From contig JBFWOS010000002.1 in NCBI GenBank assembly GCA_050250375.1, positions 901,149 through 965,148 of the forward strand: DNA of 64,000 bases, in the 5' to 3' direction. Numbering within the stretch: position 1 is the first letter of the stretch; each line of letters opens with the position of its first letter. The position numbers and the translations under genes were made by a program. The notes under the pieces are model-generated. The model saw nothing but the letters and a program-made list of their open reading frames with translations, had not been told where the DNA came from and did no database searches. Positions 40,932-52,832 of this stretch are shown here, in pieces. This DNA is from Candidatus Omnitrophota bacterium. GTDB taxonomy: Bacteria > Omnitrophota > Gorgyraeia > Zapsychrales > Zapsychraceae.

Positions 40932-41781
40932 AAATCGCCCGGCTGACTATCCAGGAATATAATCGAAACGGCAGAAATTTGCGGCACAAATAATTAATCC
41001 TGCTGCCAAGGTCAGGAATATTTCGGAACTTCGGATTTTTAGAATTAATCAATTTCTCAATTAAAATAGCCACTTCTTCCGGATCTTTCCGGGAGGAATC
41101 GACATGCTTATCAATTCGATTTTTAATGTGCAGGGAAAATGTATAATAGGGACTATTTTCATTGTCAAAATTCTTTGCGTAACGACTGTTTTCATAAAAT
41201 ATTTTTGTTTTGTAGGTCCCGGGCTGGACAAGCAAGACGTCGATTCCGAACAAGCTCAGTTCGTAACGCAAACTTTCACTAAACGCCTCCAGCGCCCATT
41301 TGCTGCTGCTGTATGCCCCAAAACATGGAGATGAAGAAAAACCGGAAACACTGGAAACATTAATGATCTTAGCCCCTTTCCGCTGGCGCATAAGCGGGAT
41401 CGCTGCCCGTGTGACATTCTGGACTCCAAAAAAATTCGTCTCCATTTGTTGACGGATATCTTCTTCGGATAAATCTTCGAAGGCCCCGCCAATTCCATAA
41501 CCAGCGTTATTGATGAGGACATCCACAAACCCTTCCTTTTGGGCAATTTCTTGTATAGCCTGTTGAATACTCGTCTGATCGGTCACATCCAACCGAAGAA
41601 CATTGACCTTCGCATCACGTTTATTCGCCTCGCTGAGCAAAGCGGATTGTTTATTTGTCTCCCTCATGGTTGCATAAACAGTATGCCCGGCTGAAGATAA
41701 ACGGGCGGCTGTCAACAGACCAAAACCGCTGGAACAACCCGTAATTAAAATGATTTTTTTTGTCTGGACCAGATTTGGCAT
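40912..41781 (-). CDS. SDR family oxidoreductase
   Basis: TGCSSGFG Rossmann motif, NNAG and YxxxK catalytic (YSSSK). Confidence 0.85.
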   Translation of the reverse strand: MPNLVQTKKIILITGCSSGFGLLTAARLSSAGHTVYATMRETNKQSALLSEANKRDAKVNVLRLDVTDQTSIQQAIQEIAQKEGFVDVLINNAGYGIGGAFEDLSEEDIRQQMETNFFGVQNVTRAAIPLMRQRKGAKIINVSSVSGFSSSPCFGAYSSSKWALEAFSESLRYELSLFGIDVLLVQPGTYKTKIFYENSRYAKNFDNENSPYYTFSLHIKNRIDKHVDSSRKDPEEVAILIEKLINSKNPKFRNIPDLGSRINYLCRKFLPFRLYSWIVSRAIFTGYSP

Positions 41782-41788
41782 CTGTCTT

Positions 41789-42853
41789 TTAAGAAATTGT
41801 TTTTTGCAGGAGTAAGCTGTCCACTATACACAATGCGATCATCGCTTCAACAACGGGAACGACCCGAGGGCAAATACAAGGATCATGCCGCCCTTTGATC
41901 TCTATGGAAGTATTTTTGCCGTCCCGGGTGACGGTATTTTGCGGTTGCGCAATAGAAGATGGTGGCTTGACCGCGACCCGTAAGACGATGTTTTCTCCGG
42001 TGGAGATTCCGCCCAAAGTTCCTCCGGCGTGATTGGTCCTTGTTCGGATTCGGTCACCATCCATAAAAAATTTATCATTGTTCTGGCTGCCTTTTAATTT
42101 GGTGACGGCGAACCCGTCCCCGAATTCTATCCCCTTAATCGTCCCAATCGACATCAATCCATACGCCAATTTAGCATTAAGTTTGTCAAAAACCGGATCT
42201 CCCAGACCCGCCGGACACCCATGCACAATGGCCTCTACAACACCCCCCACCGAATCGAGACTTTTGCGGGCATTATCAATTAACTCAACCATTTTTTCCG
42301 CAGCAATTAGATCAGGCGCCCGGACAATATTTTTTTCAATAACAGAAAAATCAATTTTTTCGGCCTTAATATCACCCACCGATAATGTATACGCGATAAC
42401 TTTAATATTTTCCTGTTCGAGAATTTTTTTGGCGACGGCCCCGGCCGCAACACGGCAGGCTGTTTCCCGCCCGGAAGACCGGCCACCGCCCCGATAATCC
42501 CTGATACCGTATTTCTTGAAATATGTGAAATCGGCATGCCCCGGACGAAAAACATCAATAATATTGGAATAATCTTTTGAACGTTGATCCTGGTTGCGGA
42601 TCAACATCGCCAGAGAAGTGCCCGTTGTCTTTCCATCCAGCATCCCTGATAAAAACTCGACACGATCTTCTTCCTGACGCTGGGTGGTAATTTTGCTTTG
42701 TCCCGGACGGCGCCGGTCGAGTTCTCGCTGGACATAATTTTCAGTTAGAGCAATATTAGGCGGGACGCCATCAATGACAACACCGATAGCGGGGCCGTGA
42801 CTTTCTCCGAAAGTCGTTACTTTAAAAACCTCTCCAAAAGTATTACCGGCCAT
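41789..42853 (-). CDS. aroC: Chorismate synthase
   Basis: GNTFGEVFKVTTFGESHGPAIGVVIDGVPP N-terminal signature. 354 aa. Confidence 0.9.
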   Translation of the reverse strand: MAGNTFGEVFKVTTFGESHGPAIGVVIDGVPPNIALTENYVQRELDRRRPGQSKITTQRQEEDRVEFLSGMLDGKTTGTSLAMLIRNQDQRSKDYSNIIDVFRPGHADFTYFKKYGIRDYRGGGRSSGRETACRVAAGAVAKKILEQENIKVIAYTLSVGDIKAEKIDFSVIEKNIVRAPDLIAAEKMVELIDNARKSLDSVGGVVEAIVHGCPAGLGDPVFDKLNAKLAYGLMSIGTIKGIEFGDGFAVTKLKGSQNNDKFFMDGDRIRTRTNHAGGTLGGISTGENIVLRVAVKPPSSIAQPQNTVTRDGKNTSIEIKGRHDPCICPRVVPVVEAMIALCIVDSLLLQKTIS

Positions 42854-42885
42854 TTTGATTGATCAGAATTTTCAATTGAGTGAAC

Positions 42886-44583
42886 TTAGAGATCGGTCAC
42901 CGCCCCTAAAGAAGCCGAAGTGACACGATTCATGTATTTATTTAGAACCCCTCTATTATAACGAGGTTTTGGTTGTTTCCACATTTTTAATCGTTTTTTT
43001 ATCTCGTTTGCTGGAATACCTAAAGTAATTTCCCGTCGTTTGGCGTCAATCGTAATCGGATCACCTGTTTTTACAATGGCGAGCGGTCCGCCCTCGTACG
43101 CCTCAGGAGTGATGTGTCCGACCACAAATCCATGGCTTCCGCCAGAAAATCGTCCGTCTGTAATCAGCGCAACCTCTTTTCCCAAACCTTTACCCATGAC
43201 CGCCGAAGTCGGAGATAACATCTCACGCATCCCGGGTCCGCCTTTGGGGCCCTCATAACGGATGACAATAACATCGCCCTTTTTAACCGTTCCATCCAAA
43301 ATTTTCTGAAGCGCCTTTTCTTCGGATTCGAAAACACGCGCCTTGCCGGAAAAGGTCATTCCCTCTTTACCGGAAATCTTTGCGACCGCCCCGGCCGGGG
43401 CTAAATTACCGTATAAAATAACCAAATGGCTGTCCGCTTTAATCGGATTATCAAAAGACCGGATCACTTCCTGACCGTTCGGGTAGGGATTGACTCCCGC
43501 CAAATTCTCGGCCACCGTTTTTCCGGTAACAGTCAGACAATCACCATGCAGCAAGCCTTTATCCAACAGCATTTTCATCAAAGGAGTAATCCCTCCGATT
43601 GAAACCAATTCCGCCATAACAAATCGTCCGGACGGTTTTAAATCCGCCAGCACAGGCACTCGTTTCCCGATCCGGGTAAAATCATCAATTTTTAACTTAA
43701 CACCGGCCGAATTCGCCATCGCCAGCAAATGAAGGACCGCATTCGTCGAACCTCCCAACGCAATAACGACCGTGATCGCGTTTTCAAAAGCCTTTTTCGT
43801 CATAATATCGCGAGGTTTGATGTCTTTTTCGATCAGATTCATAACCGCTTTGCCGGCATTAATACAATCCTGTTCTTTTTCGGCGGATACAGCCGCCTGA
43901 GCCGAACTGTTTGGCAGACTCATCCCTAATGCTTCTATCGCCGATGCCATCGTGTTCGCGGTGTACATCCCCCCGCAGGAACCCGGACCGGGGATCGCAC
44001 ATGATTCGATCCCGATTAAATCTGTTTCTTCAATTTTATGATTAGCATACGCTCCAACCGCTTCAAAGATCGAAACAATATCCTTATTTTCCCCTTTATA
44101 ACACCCCGGAAGGATAGTCCCTCCATAGACAAATACGGCCGGACGATTCAACCGTGCCATCGCCATGAGGCATCCGGGCATATTTTTATCACATCCCCCG
44201 ATAGCGACAAGACCGTCAAACCCTTGGCAACCCATGACGGTCTCCACCGAATCAGCAATAACTTCACGGGATACCAGTGAATATTTCATCCCTTCCGACC
44301 CCATGGATATCCCGTCAGATATCGTGATCGTATTGAAAATAACCCCTTTGGCCCCGGCCTGGTCTGTGCCTTTTAAAGCCGCTTCGGCCAATTTATCAAT
44401 ATGCATATTGCAGGGGGTGACCATACTCCACGTTGAGGCAATCCCGATTTGGGGTTTATTAAAATCTTCGGTTTCAAAACCGACCGCCCTTAACATCCCG
44501 CGGCTGGGCGCACGGTCGTAACCATCCGTAATCATGGATGAATATTTTCGTAAATTTATTTTTTTTGAATCAGATTTTTTCAT
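42886..44583 (-). CDS. ilvD: Dihydroxy-acid dehydratase
   Basis: IlvD/EDD family motifs (CDKNMPG; SGGSHG...GHI). 565 aa. Confidence 0.9.
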   Translation of the reverse strand: MKKSDSKKINLRKYSSMITDGYDRAPSRGMLRAVGFETEDFNKPQIGIASTWSMVTPCNMHIDKLAEAALKGTDQAGAKGVIFNTITISDGISMGSEGMKYSLVSREVIADSVETVMGCQGFDGLVAIGGCDKNMPGCLMAMARLNRPAVFVYGGTILPGCYKGENKDIVSIFEAVGAYANHKIEETDLIGIESCAIPGPGSCGGMYTANTMASAIEALGMSLPNSSAQAAVSAEKEQDCINAGKAVMNLIEKDIKPRDIMTKKAFENAITVVIALGGSTNAVLHLLAMANSAGVKLKIDDFTRIGKRVPVLADLKPSGRFVMAELVSIGGITPLMKMLLDKGLLHGDCLTVTGKTVAENLAGVNPYPNGQEVIRSFDNPIKADSHLVILYGNLAPAGAVAKISGKEGMTFSGKARVFESEEKALQKILDGTVKKGDVIVIRYEGPKGGPGMREMLSPTSAVMGKGLGKEVALITDGRFSGGSHGFVVGHITPEAYEGGPLAIVKTGDPITIDAKRREITLGIPANEIKKRLKMWKQPKPRYNRGVLNKYMNRVTSASLGAVTDL

Positions 44584-44621
44584 AACATCTCTTTAAATTT
44601 TGTTATTGCAGAGGAATTAAA

Positions 44622-45236
44622 TTAAGCTAACCAGGCTTTTTCTTCTCTTAATTTTGCTTCAAAATCTTTAATCTTTTCATCAAATTGAAGCGTCCAACCG
44701 ATTTGGTCCAGGCCTTTTAACAAACATTCCTTGGAGAAGCCATCAATCTTAAATGAATATTTTTTACCTGTCGAATCCAGCAATACTTGTTTCTCAAGAT
44801 CGGCGCTCATCTCCACCCCTGGATGGTCGAGCGCCTGCTGAAACAAGGCCTCCACATCATCGGTAGGAAGCTGTACGAGCAAGATCCCGTTTTTTACACA
44901 ATTATTGGCAAATATATCCGCAAAACTCGGGGCAACGATAATCCGAAAACCATAATCGGATAAAGCCCACGGGGCATGCTCCCGGGAAGAACCGCATCCA
45001 AAATTATCACGGGTTAATAAAACCGTGGCCTTCCGATACGCTTTTTGATTTAAGACGAATTCCGGATTTTCTTTTGTTCCCTCATAGTCAAGGTACCGTA
45101 ATTCATGAAATAAATGGACACCGAAACCTGTCCTTTCAATTTTCCGTAAAAATTGTTTCGGGATGATCATGTCCGTATCCACATTCACCCGATCCAACGG
45201 GGCCGCTATCCCCTGATGCTTAATAAACGGTTCCAT
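44622..45236 (-). CDS. leuD: 3-Isopropylmalate dehydratase small subunit
   Basis: Aconitase swivel domain. 204 aa. Directly downstream of leuC with adjacent stop/start. Confidence 0.85.
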   Translation of the reverse strand: MEPFIKHQGIAAPLDRVNVDTDMIIPKQFLRKIERTGFGVHLFHELRYLDYEGTKENPEFVLNQKAYRKATVLLTRDNFGCGSSREHAPWALSDYGFRIIVAPSFADIFANNCVKNGILLVQLPTDDVEALFQQALDHPGVEMSADLEKQVLLDSTGKKYSFKIDGFSKECLLKGLDQIGWTLQFDEKIKDFEAKLREEKAWLA

Positions 45237-46636
45237 TATAAATATTCCCTTATATCTGTCAGTTTCCCTTGGATTGCGGCAATAGCGACCATTTGCGGGC
45301 TCATTAAATGGGTCCTGCCGCCCGGTCCCTGACGCCCTTCAAAATTCCGGTTGCTGGAAGAGGCGCAACGTTCGCCTTGTTTCAATTGATCATCATTCAT
45401 GCCCAGGCACATGGAACAGCCGGCAAATCGCCACTCAAACCCGGCCTCTTTAAAAATTTCATCCAGTCCTTCCTTTTGTGCTTGACGGCGCACGCGGTCG
45501 GAACCGGGGACAACGATCGCCTGGACATCCGGATGAACTTTCTTACCCTTAACAATCTCGGCCGCAACTCTTAAGTCTTCAATCCGGCCGTTCGTACACG
45601 ACCCTAAAAACGCTTTATCAATTTTGATGTCGGTCATCTTTGTTCCGGGAGTCAGATTCATATATTTCAACGCGTTTCGCGCTCCCGTTCGTTCGACCGG
45701 GTCGGTAAAGCTGTCCGGATCCGGAACGGTCGATTCAATATCCGTAACCTGCCCCGGGGAAGTCCCCCAAGTCACCTGCGGCCTGATGTCTTCAGCTTTA
45801 ATATTCAATACATAATCAAATTTTGCTCCAGGATCAGAGGGCAATGTTTTCCAATACGCAACGGCCTCATCCCAATCTGTTCCAGTAGGTGAATGATCAC
45901 GGCCTTTAAGATAGTCAAAGGTTTTTTGATCGGGGGCAATCATTCCCGCCCTGGCTCCGGCTTCAATGCTCATATTACAAATGGTCATCCGTCCTTCCAT
46001 GGATAATTCACGGATAGCACTCCCGGCATATTCGACCACATATCCAGTCGCCCCAGCCGTTCCGATTTTCCCGATGATATACAATATAATATCTTTGGAC
46101 GTGACACCGAATCCTAACTTCCCGTCAATATTAATAATCATTGCTTTCGATTTATTCTGTTGAAGGGTCTGTGTCGCCAGGACATGTTCGACCTCCGAAG
46201 TCCCTATTCCGAAAGCCAATGCGCCAAACGCGCCATGCGTGGCCGTATGGGAATCTCCGCAGACAATGGTCAGTCCGGGTTGTGTAATACCCATTTCAGG
46301 CCCGATCACATGGACTATTCCCTGGTCTTGATGAGCAAAATCATACAAGATGATATTAAAATCGCGGCAGTTGTTCGCCAGTGTTTCCATCTGTTTACGT
46401 GATGTCTCTTCGACCAGAGACCAATCCTTGGTACGGGTCGATACGTTATGGTCCATTGTGGCGAATGTCTTTTCCGGACGGCGGACTTTACGGTTGGTCA
46501 CCCGCAATCCTTCGAAGGCCTGGGGAGAGGTGACTTCATGCACCAAATGGCGGTCGATGTAAATGATCGCCGTGTCTCCCTGGCTTTCCCGGACCAAATG
46601 GGCTTCCCAAATCTTGTCGAACATTGTTTTCGGCAT
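45236..46636 (-). CDS. leuC: 3-Isopropylmalate dehydratase large subunit
   Basis: Aconitase catalytic domain with Fe-S cluster cysteines (GSCTNGR; CxxC region). 466 aa. Confidence 0.9.
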   Translation of the reverse strand: MPKTMFDKIWEAHLVRESQGDTAIIYIDRHLVHEVTSPQAFEGLRVTNRKVRRPEKTFATMDHNVSTRTKDWSLVEETSRKQMETLANNCRDFNIILYDFAHQDQGIVHVIGPEMGITQPGLTIVCGDSHTATHGAFGALAFGIGTSEVEHVLATQTLQQNKSKAMIINIDGKLGFGVTSKDIILYIIGKIGTAGATGYVVEYAGSAIRELSMEGRMTICNMSIEAGARAGMIAPDQKTFDYLKGRDHSPTGTDWDEAVAYWKTLPSDPGAKFDYVLNIKAEDIRPQVTWGTSPGQVTDIESTVPDPDSFTDPVERTGARNALKYMNLTPGTKMTDIKIDKAFLGSCTNGRIEDLRVAAEIVKGKKVHPDVQAIVVPGSDRVRRQAQKEGLDEIFKEAGFEWRFAGCSMCLGMNDDQLKQGERCASSSNRNFEGRQGPGGRTHLMSPQMVAIAAIQGKLTDIREYL

Positions 46637-46750
46637 TGTTAAACATCCTATTAATATATATTTAATTTAAAAGGAATAGTGATTTTATCCGATCACTGGA
46701 ATCTTGTCAATACAGCACATCTAATTTCACCAAATTTAAACTTGAAATTT

Positions 46751-49453
46751 TCAGGCTAATTTACGCAGGACCGTTTGCAGGATCCCTCCATTGCGGACAT
46801 AATCCACCTCAACCGGCGTATCCAGACGGCAGGTTGTTTGGAACTCTTTCTTCGATCCATCGGCAGACCGGGCGATGATTTTAACATCCTGGCGCGGTTT
46901 GATCCGGTCATTGATCCCGTCGAAATCAAAGATCTCGTCTCCCTTTAAGCCAAGGCTTTCCGCTGATTGACCGTTTTTAAATTCCAGAGGAACGATCCCC
47001 ATCCCGGCAAGATTACTGCGATGGATCCGTTCATAACTTTGCGCCAATACAACCTTGACGCCCAACAAGGCCGCGCCTTTGGCCGCCCAATCCCGGCTGG
47101 AACCAGTTCCGTATTCTTTTCCGGCGATCACAAGCAAAGGGGTTTTACCGGATTTATATTTTAAAGACGCATCAAAAATGCTCATTTTTTCCTGGCTGGG
47201 AAAATGAATGGTCCAGGAACCTTCCGTCCCCGGGGCCAATTGGTTCCGCAGGCGGATATTGGCAAACGTCCCGCGGGTCATGACGCGGTCATTGCCACGC
47301 CTGGCTCCGTAACTATTAAAATCCTTCGGTGCAATACCCTGTTCCATCAAATACTTCCCGGCCGGGCTGTCTTTCGAAATGGAACCTGCCGGAGAAATGT
47401 GGTCAGTTGTAATTGAATCTCCAACCATCACCAGACAACGCGCCGCCTTGATTTCTGTAATCGGTTTCGTTTCTTTGGTCATCCCGGTAAAATATGGCGG
47501 TTCCTGAATATACGTGCTCGTTTTTTTCCATTGATATAATTCGGATCGGGTTTCTTCAATCGCATTCCAATCTTTATTTCCCTTTGATACATTTCCATAA
47601 CGTTTTCGAAACGATTCTGCCGTAACAAACTTGGAAACAACCTTGTTGATTTCATCCTGAGTCGGCCAAATATCTTTCAGGTACACATCGTTCCCGTTTT
47701 TATCCTGTCCAAGCGGTTCTTTGGTTAAATCTTTATCGACAGTACCGGCGAGGGCATAGGCCACCACCAACGGCGGACTGGCCAAATAATTCGCCTTCGT
47801 ATGCGGATTGACCCTGCCTTCAAAATTTCTGTTACCGCTTAAAACACTAGCCGCGACCAGATCGCCTTCGGTAATCGCGTTGGAGATTTTCTCTGGTAAA
47901 GGTCCGCTGTTTCCGATACAAGTCGTACACCCATACCCAACGATATGGAATCCAAGTTGTTCGAGATACGGCATCAGACCTGAATTACGAAGATATTCTT
48001 CAACCACCTGGGAACCCGGCGCCAGACTTGTCTTGACATAACTTTTCACTTTTAAACCTTTTTCAGTGGCCTTTTTCGCCAAGAGACCGGCCCCGATTAA
48101 AACAGATGGATTAGACGTGTTGGTACAACTGGTAATCGCGGCAATAACAACGGCCCCGTGTTTTAGCGTTTCCTTTGTTCCGTTTACAACCACAGCTTGA
48201 TTAGAAAGAGCTTTCTGGTCTAATCCGAAACCTCTTTCCTTGACCGACTTTGTTAACCCCTTTGAAAAATCCAGACTCAAATCCGATAATGTGACCCGGT
48301 CTTGAGGCCGTTTCGGTCCGGCCAGACAAGGCTGGACGGTGGACAGATCTAACTCCATTTGATCCGTAAACTCAGGTTGCGGTTTCGCAGGATCATAAAA
48401 CATTCCCTGGGCTTTCATATATTTTTCGACCAGTTCAACCTCTTCATCCGTGCGGCCGGTGAGACGATAATAATTTAATGTTTCCTCATCAATCGGGAAG
48501 ACTCCGATCGTCGCCCCGTATTCCGGAGCCATATTCGAAATAGTGGCGCGGTCAGGTAATGACAAATACTTCAAGCCATCCCCATAGAATTCAACAAATT
48601 TTCCAACAACCCCTTTTGAGCGTAATATTTGTGTGACCGTCAAAACCAAATCCGTCGCGGTTAACCCTTCTTTCAGCTTTCCTTTCAAGTTAAATCCTAC
48701 CACCTCCGGAAGGAGCATATCAATCGGCTCACCCAGCATAACGGCTTCGGCTTCAATCCCACCCACTCCCCAGCCGACAACACCAAGACCATTAATCATC
48801 GTCGTGTGACTATCCGTCCCGACAAGACTGTCTGGAAAAACAATGGTCTCTCCGTTCATGTCCTTTTGCAGGACTCCTTTGGCCAGGTATTCGAGGTTGA
48901 CCTGATGAACGATGCCGGTCGCCGGAGGGACGACTAAAAAATTTTTAAAGGCGTTTTGTCCCCATTTGAGAAATTCATATCGTTCCTGATTACGTTGAAA
49001 TTCAATTTCAACATTCTTAGCCAGAGCGCCGGCGTTACCGTATTCATCAACCTGAACAGAATGGTCGATGACCAAATCACAGGGAACCTGCGGGTTAATT
49101 TTTAAAGGATCCCCGCCTAAATGTTTAATCGCCGAACGCATAGCCGCAAGATCAACCACACACGGCACTCCGGTGAAATCCTGGAGGATAACACGCCCGG
49201 GTTTAAACGCAATATCTTTCAATTCTTTGGATTGACCAGACCAGTTGGACAATGTGGCAATATCTTCAATAGTGACCGCATAGTCATCATAATTCCGGAT
49301 GGCGCTTTCCAGTAAAACCTTGATTGAAAAAGGGAGCTTTTCAGGGTTTCCGAATTTCGCCCCGGACAAACTGTTTAACTGATAATACGAAAATTTCTTT
49401 CCGCTTACATTGAGTGTTTTTTTTAAATCCTGTTGATTGAACATTGTGCTCAC
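46751..49453 (-). CDS. acnA: Aconitate hydratase A
   Basis: 900-aa AcnA/IRP-type aconitase with Fe-S ligand motifs (ITSCTNTSN; [10 protein letters not shown]). Confidence 0.9.
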   Translation of the reverse strand: MSTMFNQQDLKKTLNVSGKKFSYYQLNSLSGAKFGNPEKLPFSIKVLLESAIRNYDDYAVTIEDIATLSNWSGQSKELKDIAFKPGRVILQDFTGVPCVVDLAAMRSAIKHLGGDPLKINPQVPCDLVIDHSVQVDEYGNAGALAKNVEIEFQRNQERYEFLKWGQNAFKNFLVVPPATGIVHQVNLEYLAKGVLQKDMNGETIVFPDSLVGTDSHTTMINGLGVVGWGVGGIEAEAVMLGEPIDMLLPEVVGFNLKGKLKEGLTATDLVLTVTQILRSKGVVGKFVEFYGDGLKYLSLPDRATISNMAPEYGATIGVFPIDEETLNYYRLTGRTDEEVELVEKYMKAQGMFYDPAKPQPEFTDQMELDLSTVQPCLAGPKRPQDRVTLSDLSLDFSKGLTKSVKERGFGLDQKALSNQAVVVNGTKETLKHGAVVIAAITSCTNTSNPSVLIGAGLLAKKATEKGLKVKSYVKTSLAPGSQVVEEYLRNSGLMPYLEQLGFHIVGYGCTTCIGNSGPLPEKISNAITEGDLVAASVLSGNRNFEGRVNPHTKANYLASPPLVVAYALAGTVDKDLTKEPLGQDKNGNDVYLKDIWPTQDEINKVVSKFVTAESFRKRYGNVSKGNKDWNAIEETRSELYQWKKTSTYIQEPPYFTGMTKETKPITEIKAARCLVMVGDSITTDHISPAGSISKDSPAGKYLMEQGIAPKDFNSYGARRGNDRVMTRGTFANIRLRNQLAPGTEGSWTIHFPSQEKMSIFDASLKYKSGKTPLLVIAGKEYGTGSSRDWAAKGAALLGVKVVLAQSYERIHRSNLAGMGIVPLEFKNGQSAESLGLKGDEIFDFDGINDRIKPRQDVKIIARSADGSKKEFQTTCRLDTPVEVDYVRNGGILQTVLRKLA

Positions 49454-49610
49454 CGGCCTCTACCTCATTTTAAAAGTTAAAAGATCGCTGGAATTATCTT
49501 GCCTCGAAAAAATATTTTATAAAAACAGAAGGAAAGAAATGAGTTTTATTATATTAAAGACTCCTTGAAGAGTCAACACCTTATCAAGCCTAAAAAATGC
49601 AAAAATACAC

Positions 49611-49639
49611 TTGCATGATTCACTTACACTGTTTAGTAT
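49611..49639 (+). promoter_or_regulatory. Sigma70-type promoter candidate for the radical SAM-ferredoxin-membrane operon
   Basis: TTGCAT at 49611-49616, a 17-nt spacer, then TAGTAT at 49634-49639. No obvious Shine-Dalgarno before ATG 49676. Confidence 0.3.
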
Positions 49640-49675
49640 ATAAATAAATCTGATTAACTTTCTTCGAAAAAATTA

Positions 49676-51196
49676 ATGAAAATTGCAATACTAAATCCTT
49701 CCTTTGGTGAAGATTTTGTCCGAGTCGCCCGCTGGGCCGCAAAATCCCGCGGACGTGTCCAGCGTCATCCTGAATATTTATTGACAGCCGCCCAGGTATT
49801 AATTGACCGCGGTCATGATACCATTTATGTCGAAGCTGCCGCCCGGAACTTTACACCGGAAGAATCGTATAAAATTGTTTCCGACCATCAACCGCAGCTC
49901 CTGATCATTCACGCGACAACCCCTTCAATTTATAATGATATTGAACAGGCCAAAGAAATTAAACTCAGGACCGGATGCAAGGTTTGTTTCATAGGCCAGC
50001 ATGCGTCATCGGAACAAGAAAATACATTTGAAATTGCCCGCAATGTCGTTGATTATATTGCCGCCGGTGAATATGACTACACCCTGCGCGATTTAGCGGA
50101 TGGCTTGGCTCTGGATAAAATACTCGGATTAACCTGGTGGAATGCTGACACTCAAACGGTCGTAAAAAATCCTGACCGTCCTTCCATTGAGGTCAATGAA
50201 CTCCCGTTTCCGGCCTGGCATCTGATTAAACCCGAATGGTACCCTGATGGCGGGAAAAAATTTCCTTTTTTAACTTTAATGACCGGGCGGGGCTGCAATA
50301 ACGGTTGCACCTTCTGCCGTGACCCGCAGATCATGTACGGATACCGGTTAAGAAACCGGACCGCCAAAAGTGTTGTCGACGAAATGGAATATGACCTAAA
50401 AATCCATCCTCAAATCCGTGAAATCATGTTTGAAACTGATACGTTTGCCGCTGATACACAGCACGTCAAAGAAGTCTGCCAGGAAATCATCAAACGCGGG
50501 ATCAATAAAAAAATTACATGGTCTTGCAATATGCGCGTAAACACGGATCTGGATGTCCTCCCTCTCATGAAAGAATCCGGTTGCCGGATGTTGATGACCG
50601 GTTTCGAATTTGGATACGATGATGGATTAAAAGCCATAAATAAAGGCGGTGTATCGGTAGACATGGCCCGGGAATACGCCTTTGCTGCGGACCGGCTGGG
50701 ATTTACAATCCATGGCTGTTTTATGATCGGCGCCCCGGGTGAAACAAAAGAAACGGCCCAACAAACCATTGATTTTGCCAAATCCCTTCCGCTGGATACA
50801 GTCCAAATTACCGGTGTTGCTTCTTATCCTGGAACATCCCTTTATAAATGGGCGAAAGAAAATGAATTCCTCCGGGCGAATGATTGGCGTGAATGGTTAA
50901 ACGCCCAAAAAGAACAGCGCACTTTGTTAAGTTACCCTCAATTCACAAGTGAAGACATTGATGAATATATTGATAAAGGCTTAAAGGAATTCTACCTTAG
51001 ACCAAAACAAATGTGGAAAATGTTTATCTCGATCCGGACGTTTGGCGACCTTTTACGGAAATTGCATGGATTCAAAGCATTTACGGATTATTTTGTTAAG
51101 AAACTGACCGGCCAGGTTAATAAAAAGCCTAAACTCAAACCAGCTGAAATATCTGGTATTGAGCGAATTATAGAAAAAGAACCCGTTTCGCTTTAA
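49676..51196 (+). CDS. B12-binding domain radical SAM protein (class B-like), function unknown
   Basis: N-terminal Rossmann-like cobalamin-binding region, then GRGCNNGCTFC (CxxxCxxC). 506 aa. Confidence 0.75.
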   Translation: MKIAILNPSFGEDFVRVARWAAKSRGRVQRHPEYLLTAAQVLIDRGHDTIYVEAAARNFTPEESYKIVSDHQPQLLIIHATTPSIYNDIEQAKEIKLRTGCKVCFIGQHASSEQENTFEIARNVVDYIAAGEYDYTLRDLADGLALDKILGLTWWNADTQTVVKNPDRPSIEVNELPFPAWHLIKPEWYPDGGKKFPFLTLMTGRGCNNGCTFCRDPQIMYGYRLRNRTAKSVVDEMEYDLKIHPQIREIMFETDTFAADTQHVKEVCQEIIKRGINKKITWSCNMRVNTDLDVLPLMKESGCRMLMTGFEFGYDDGLKAINKGGVSVDMAREYAFAADRLGFTIHGCFMIGAPGETKETAQQTIDFAKSLPLDTVQITGVASYPGTSLYKWAKENEFLRANDWREWLNAQKEQRTLLSYPQFTSEDIDEYIDKGLKEFYLRPKQMWKMFISIRTFGDLLRKLHGFKAFTDYFVKKLTGQVNKKPKLKPAEISGIERIIEKEPVSL

Positions 51197-51215
51197 AAGC
51201 TTGAAATTAAACGAT

Positions 51216-51244
51216 TTGACTTTAAAATTATTTTTGGTTATATT
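51216..51244 (+). promoter_or_regulatory. Sigma70-type promoter candidate (TTGACT-17 nt-TATATT) upstream of the ferredoxin gene
   Basis: TTGACT at 51216-51221, a 17-nt spacer, then TATATT at 51239-51244. A GGAGG ribosome-binding site precedes ATG 51280. Confidence 0.4.
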
Positions 51245-51279
51245 TAAAGTAAAGTAACTCATTCAGATTGGAGGCTTAA

Positions 51280-51558
51280 ATGACTCATGTTGTAACCGAA
51301 CCTTGTGTTAAATGCAAATATACCGACTGCGTAACCGTTTGTCCTGTGGACTGCTTTCACGAAGATGCGGAGATGCTGGTCATTGATCCTGAAGTATGCA
51401 TCGACTGCGGGGCCTGCATCCCGGAATGCCCTGTTCAGGCAATTTATACCGAAGAAGATGTCCCTGAGCAATGGAAGAGTTATGTTGGTCTTAACTCATC
51501 CAAAGCCCCTAACCTTCCGGTCATTACGGAAAAGAAAACTCCTTTGGCCGAAAGTTAG
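51280..51558 (+). CDS. Ferredoxin (two Cys clusters, 7Fe/8Fe type)
   Basis: [18 protein letters not shown] and [15 protein letters not shown] motifs. 92 aa. Confidence 0.85.
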   Translation: MTHVVTEPCVKCKYTDCVTVCPVDCFHEDAEMLVIDPEVCIDCGACIPECPVQAIYTEEDVPEQWKSYVGLNSSKAPNLPVITEKKTPLAES

Positions 51559-51643
51559 TTTTTCGTTCTTTTTGCAAGTTAACCCCATTGGCGGGGTTTA
51601 TATAGACAACGACGTTAATACACCGAACTACTCAAAATAGGAG

Positions 51644-52015
51644 GTGTGTGCCATGACTGGGTACGATCACTACAAAAATATTCCAAATCTCCCTGAAAAG
51701 ATTTCGGATAAGAAAAAGAAACCCAAAATGGTTGCCGTTGTTGATGAAGATAATTGCACAGGCTGTCAGGCCTGTGTTCCTTTTTGTCCGGTTAATTGTA
51801 TCGCGCCTGTTCCTGTTGAGAAATATGAAACACCTATCCCTCCAGTACAGATCAAGTTTAACGAATGCATCGGTTGCTCAATCTGCGCACGTGTTTGCAC
51901 CAAAATGACCTGGGACGCGATCGAAATGCTTACAACCGAAATTTTTGAAGAAAGCTATCAAATTGAACTTAATGACTCGAAATTTCCTCCCTACGGCATA
52001 CCAAGAACGAATTAA
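51644..52015 (+). CDS. 4Fe-4S dicluster ferredoxin-like protein
   Basis: CTGCQACVPFCPVNC and CIGCSICARVC motifs. 123 aa. Confidence 0.8.
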   Translation: MCAMTGYDHYKNIPNLPEKISDKKKKPKMVAVVDEDNCTGCQACVPFCPVNCIAPVPVEKYETPIPPVQIKFNECIGCSICARVCTKMTWDAIEMLTTEIFEESYQIELNDSKFPPYGIPRTN

Positions 52016-52049
52016 TTTCCTTACCTCAAATTTTCGGAGTTAATGCCTT

Positions 52050-52535
52050 ATGTGGTTTTTCATGCATTCTTGCTACATCCTGACGGCCCTGACTTTTGTC
52101 AGCCTATGGATTGCCTTTTTCCAAAGTTTTCTAAAATTCCAAGTTTTTCATGCCGATCATGTCACATTTATGATTTTTACCAGCATCCTTTACTCTTTCA
52201 CGGAAACTTTGGTTATATTTTTCTTTGTCGGAACGGGTGTCAGCGTGAAAGAATATACGATTGACCACAAGCTTGATTCCAGTTATCATAAACGGTCGAT
52301 CGGGATCAAACGAAAAGTCTACCCCCCTTTGATGTTAAACCTGTTGTTTATGATTATCTTGTTTGTTTTAGTCGGCGCGGTTGATACGTATCGTTTCCCC
52401 GGATGGCTGTATTATTTGATTTTTTTCGGATGTATTGTGCACTACGTTAAAATTAAAATTATCCAGAATTCCTGCTTTCGGGATAACACGCAAATAATTC
52501 TGGACATGTCGGGAATTAACAAAAAAGTCACTTAA
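52050..52535 (+). CDS. Hypothetical integral membrane protein (4 TM)
   Basis: 161 aa, four hydrophobic segments. A GGAG ribosome-binding site lies 10 nt upstream. No recognisable family. Confidence 0.5.
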   Translation: MWFFMHSCYILTALTFVSLWIAFFQSFLKFQVFHADHVTFMIFTSILYSFTETLVIFFFVGTGVSVKEYTIDHKLDSSYHKRSIGIKRKVYPPLMLNLLFMIILFVLVGAVDTYRFPGWLYYLIFFGCIVHYVKIKIIQNSCFRDNTQIILDMSGINKKVT

Positions 52536-52699
52536 TGTTTTACGCGGGAAAATTAATACAAGCGGCGGGTCTGACCATTATTCTGTTCGATTTTATCCGG
52601 TCGTTTCCTGAATTAATGAGCCGTACCGTTTTGTGCGCGGGTATCGGAATCTTTACGGCAGGCTGGCTTATCAACCGTTTTTTGATCAAACATGACTAA
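52535..52699 (+). CDS. Small membrane protein (54 aa), below the ORF-track cutoff
   Basis: The ATG overlaps the upstream stop (TAATG). It encodes MFYAGKLIQAAGLTIILFDF...GIGIFTAGWLINRFLIKHD with two hydrophobic segments. Confidence 0.4.
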   Translation: MFYAGKLIQAAGLTIILFDFIRSFPELMSRTVLCAGIGIFTAGWLINRFLIKHD

Positions 52700-52832
52700 A
52701 TTTAAAGACGTTTTAAAATTTGATTCCGGGGCCGATGGATTTATGTTTATGATTTATGTCCTGGCGATCTGTGCCGGATTGGTCCTTATTTTCGGGATCT
52801 ATTTTATCTGTACTACCTTTTCATTTGCATGA
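52692..52832 (+). CDS. Small membrane protein (46 aa), below the ORF-track cutoff
   Basis: The ATG lies 8 nt inside the previous ORF. It encodes MTKFKDVLKFDSGADGFMFMIYVLAICAGLVLIFGIYFICTTFSFA. Its stop overlaps the next start (ATGA). Confidence 0.35.
   Translation: MTKFKDVLKFDSGADGFMFMIYVLAICAGLVLIFGIYFICTTFSFA

Noticed and set aside
46655-46690. Weak hairpin AGTGAT-N8-ATCACT downstream of acnA
   Set aside because: An AT-rich 6-bp stem with an interrupted T tract. It is not convincing as an intrinsic terminator.
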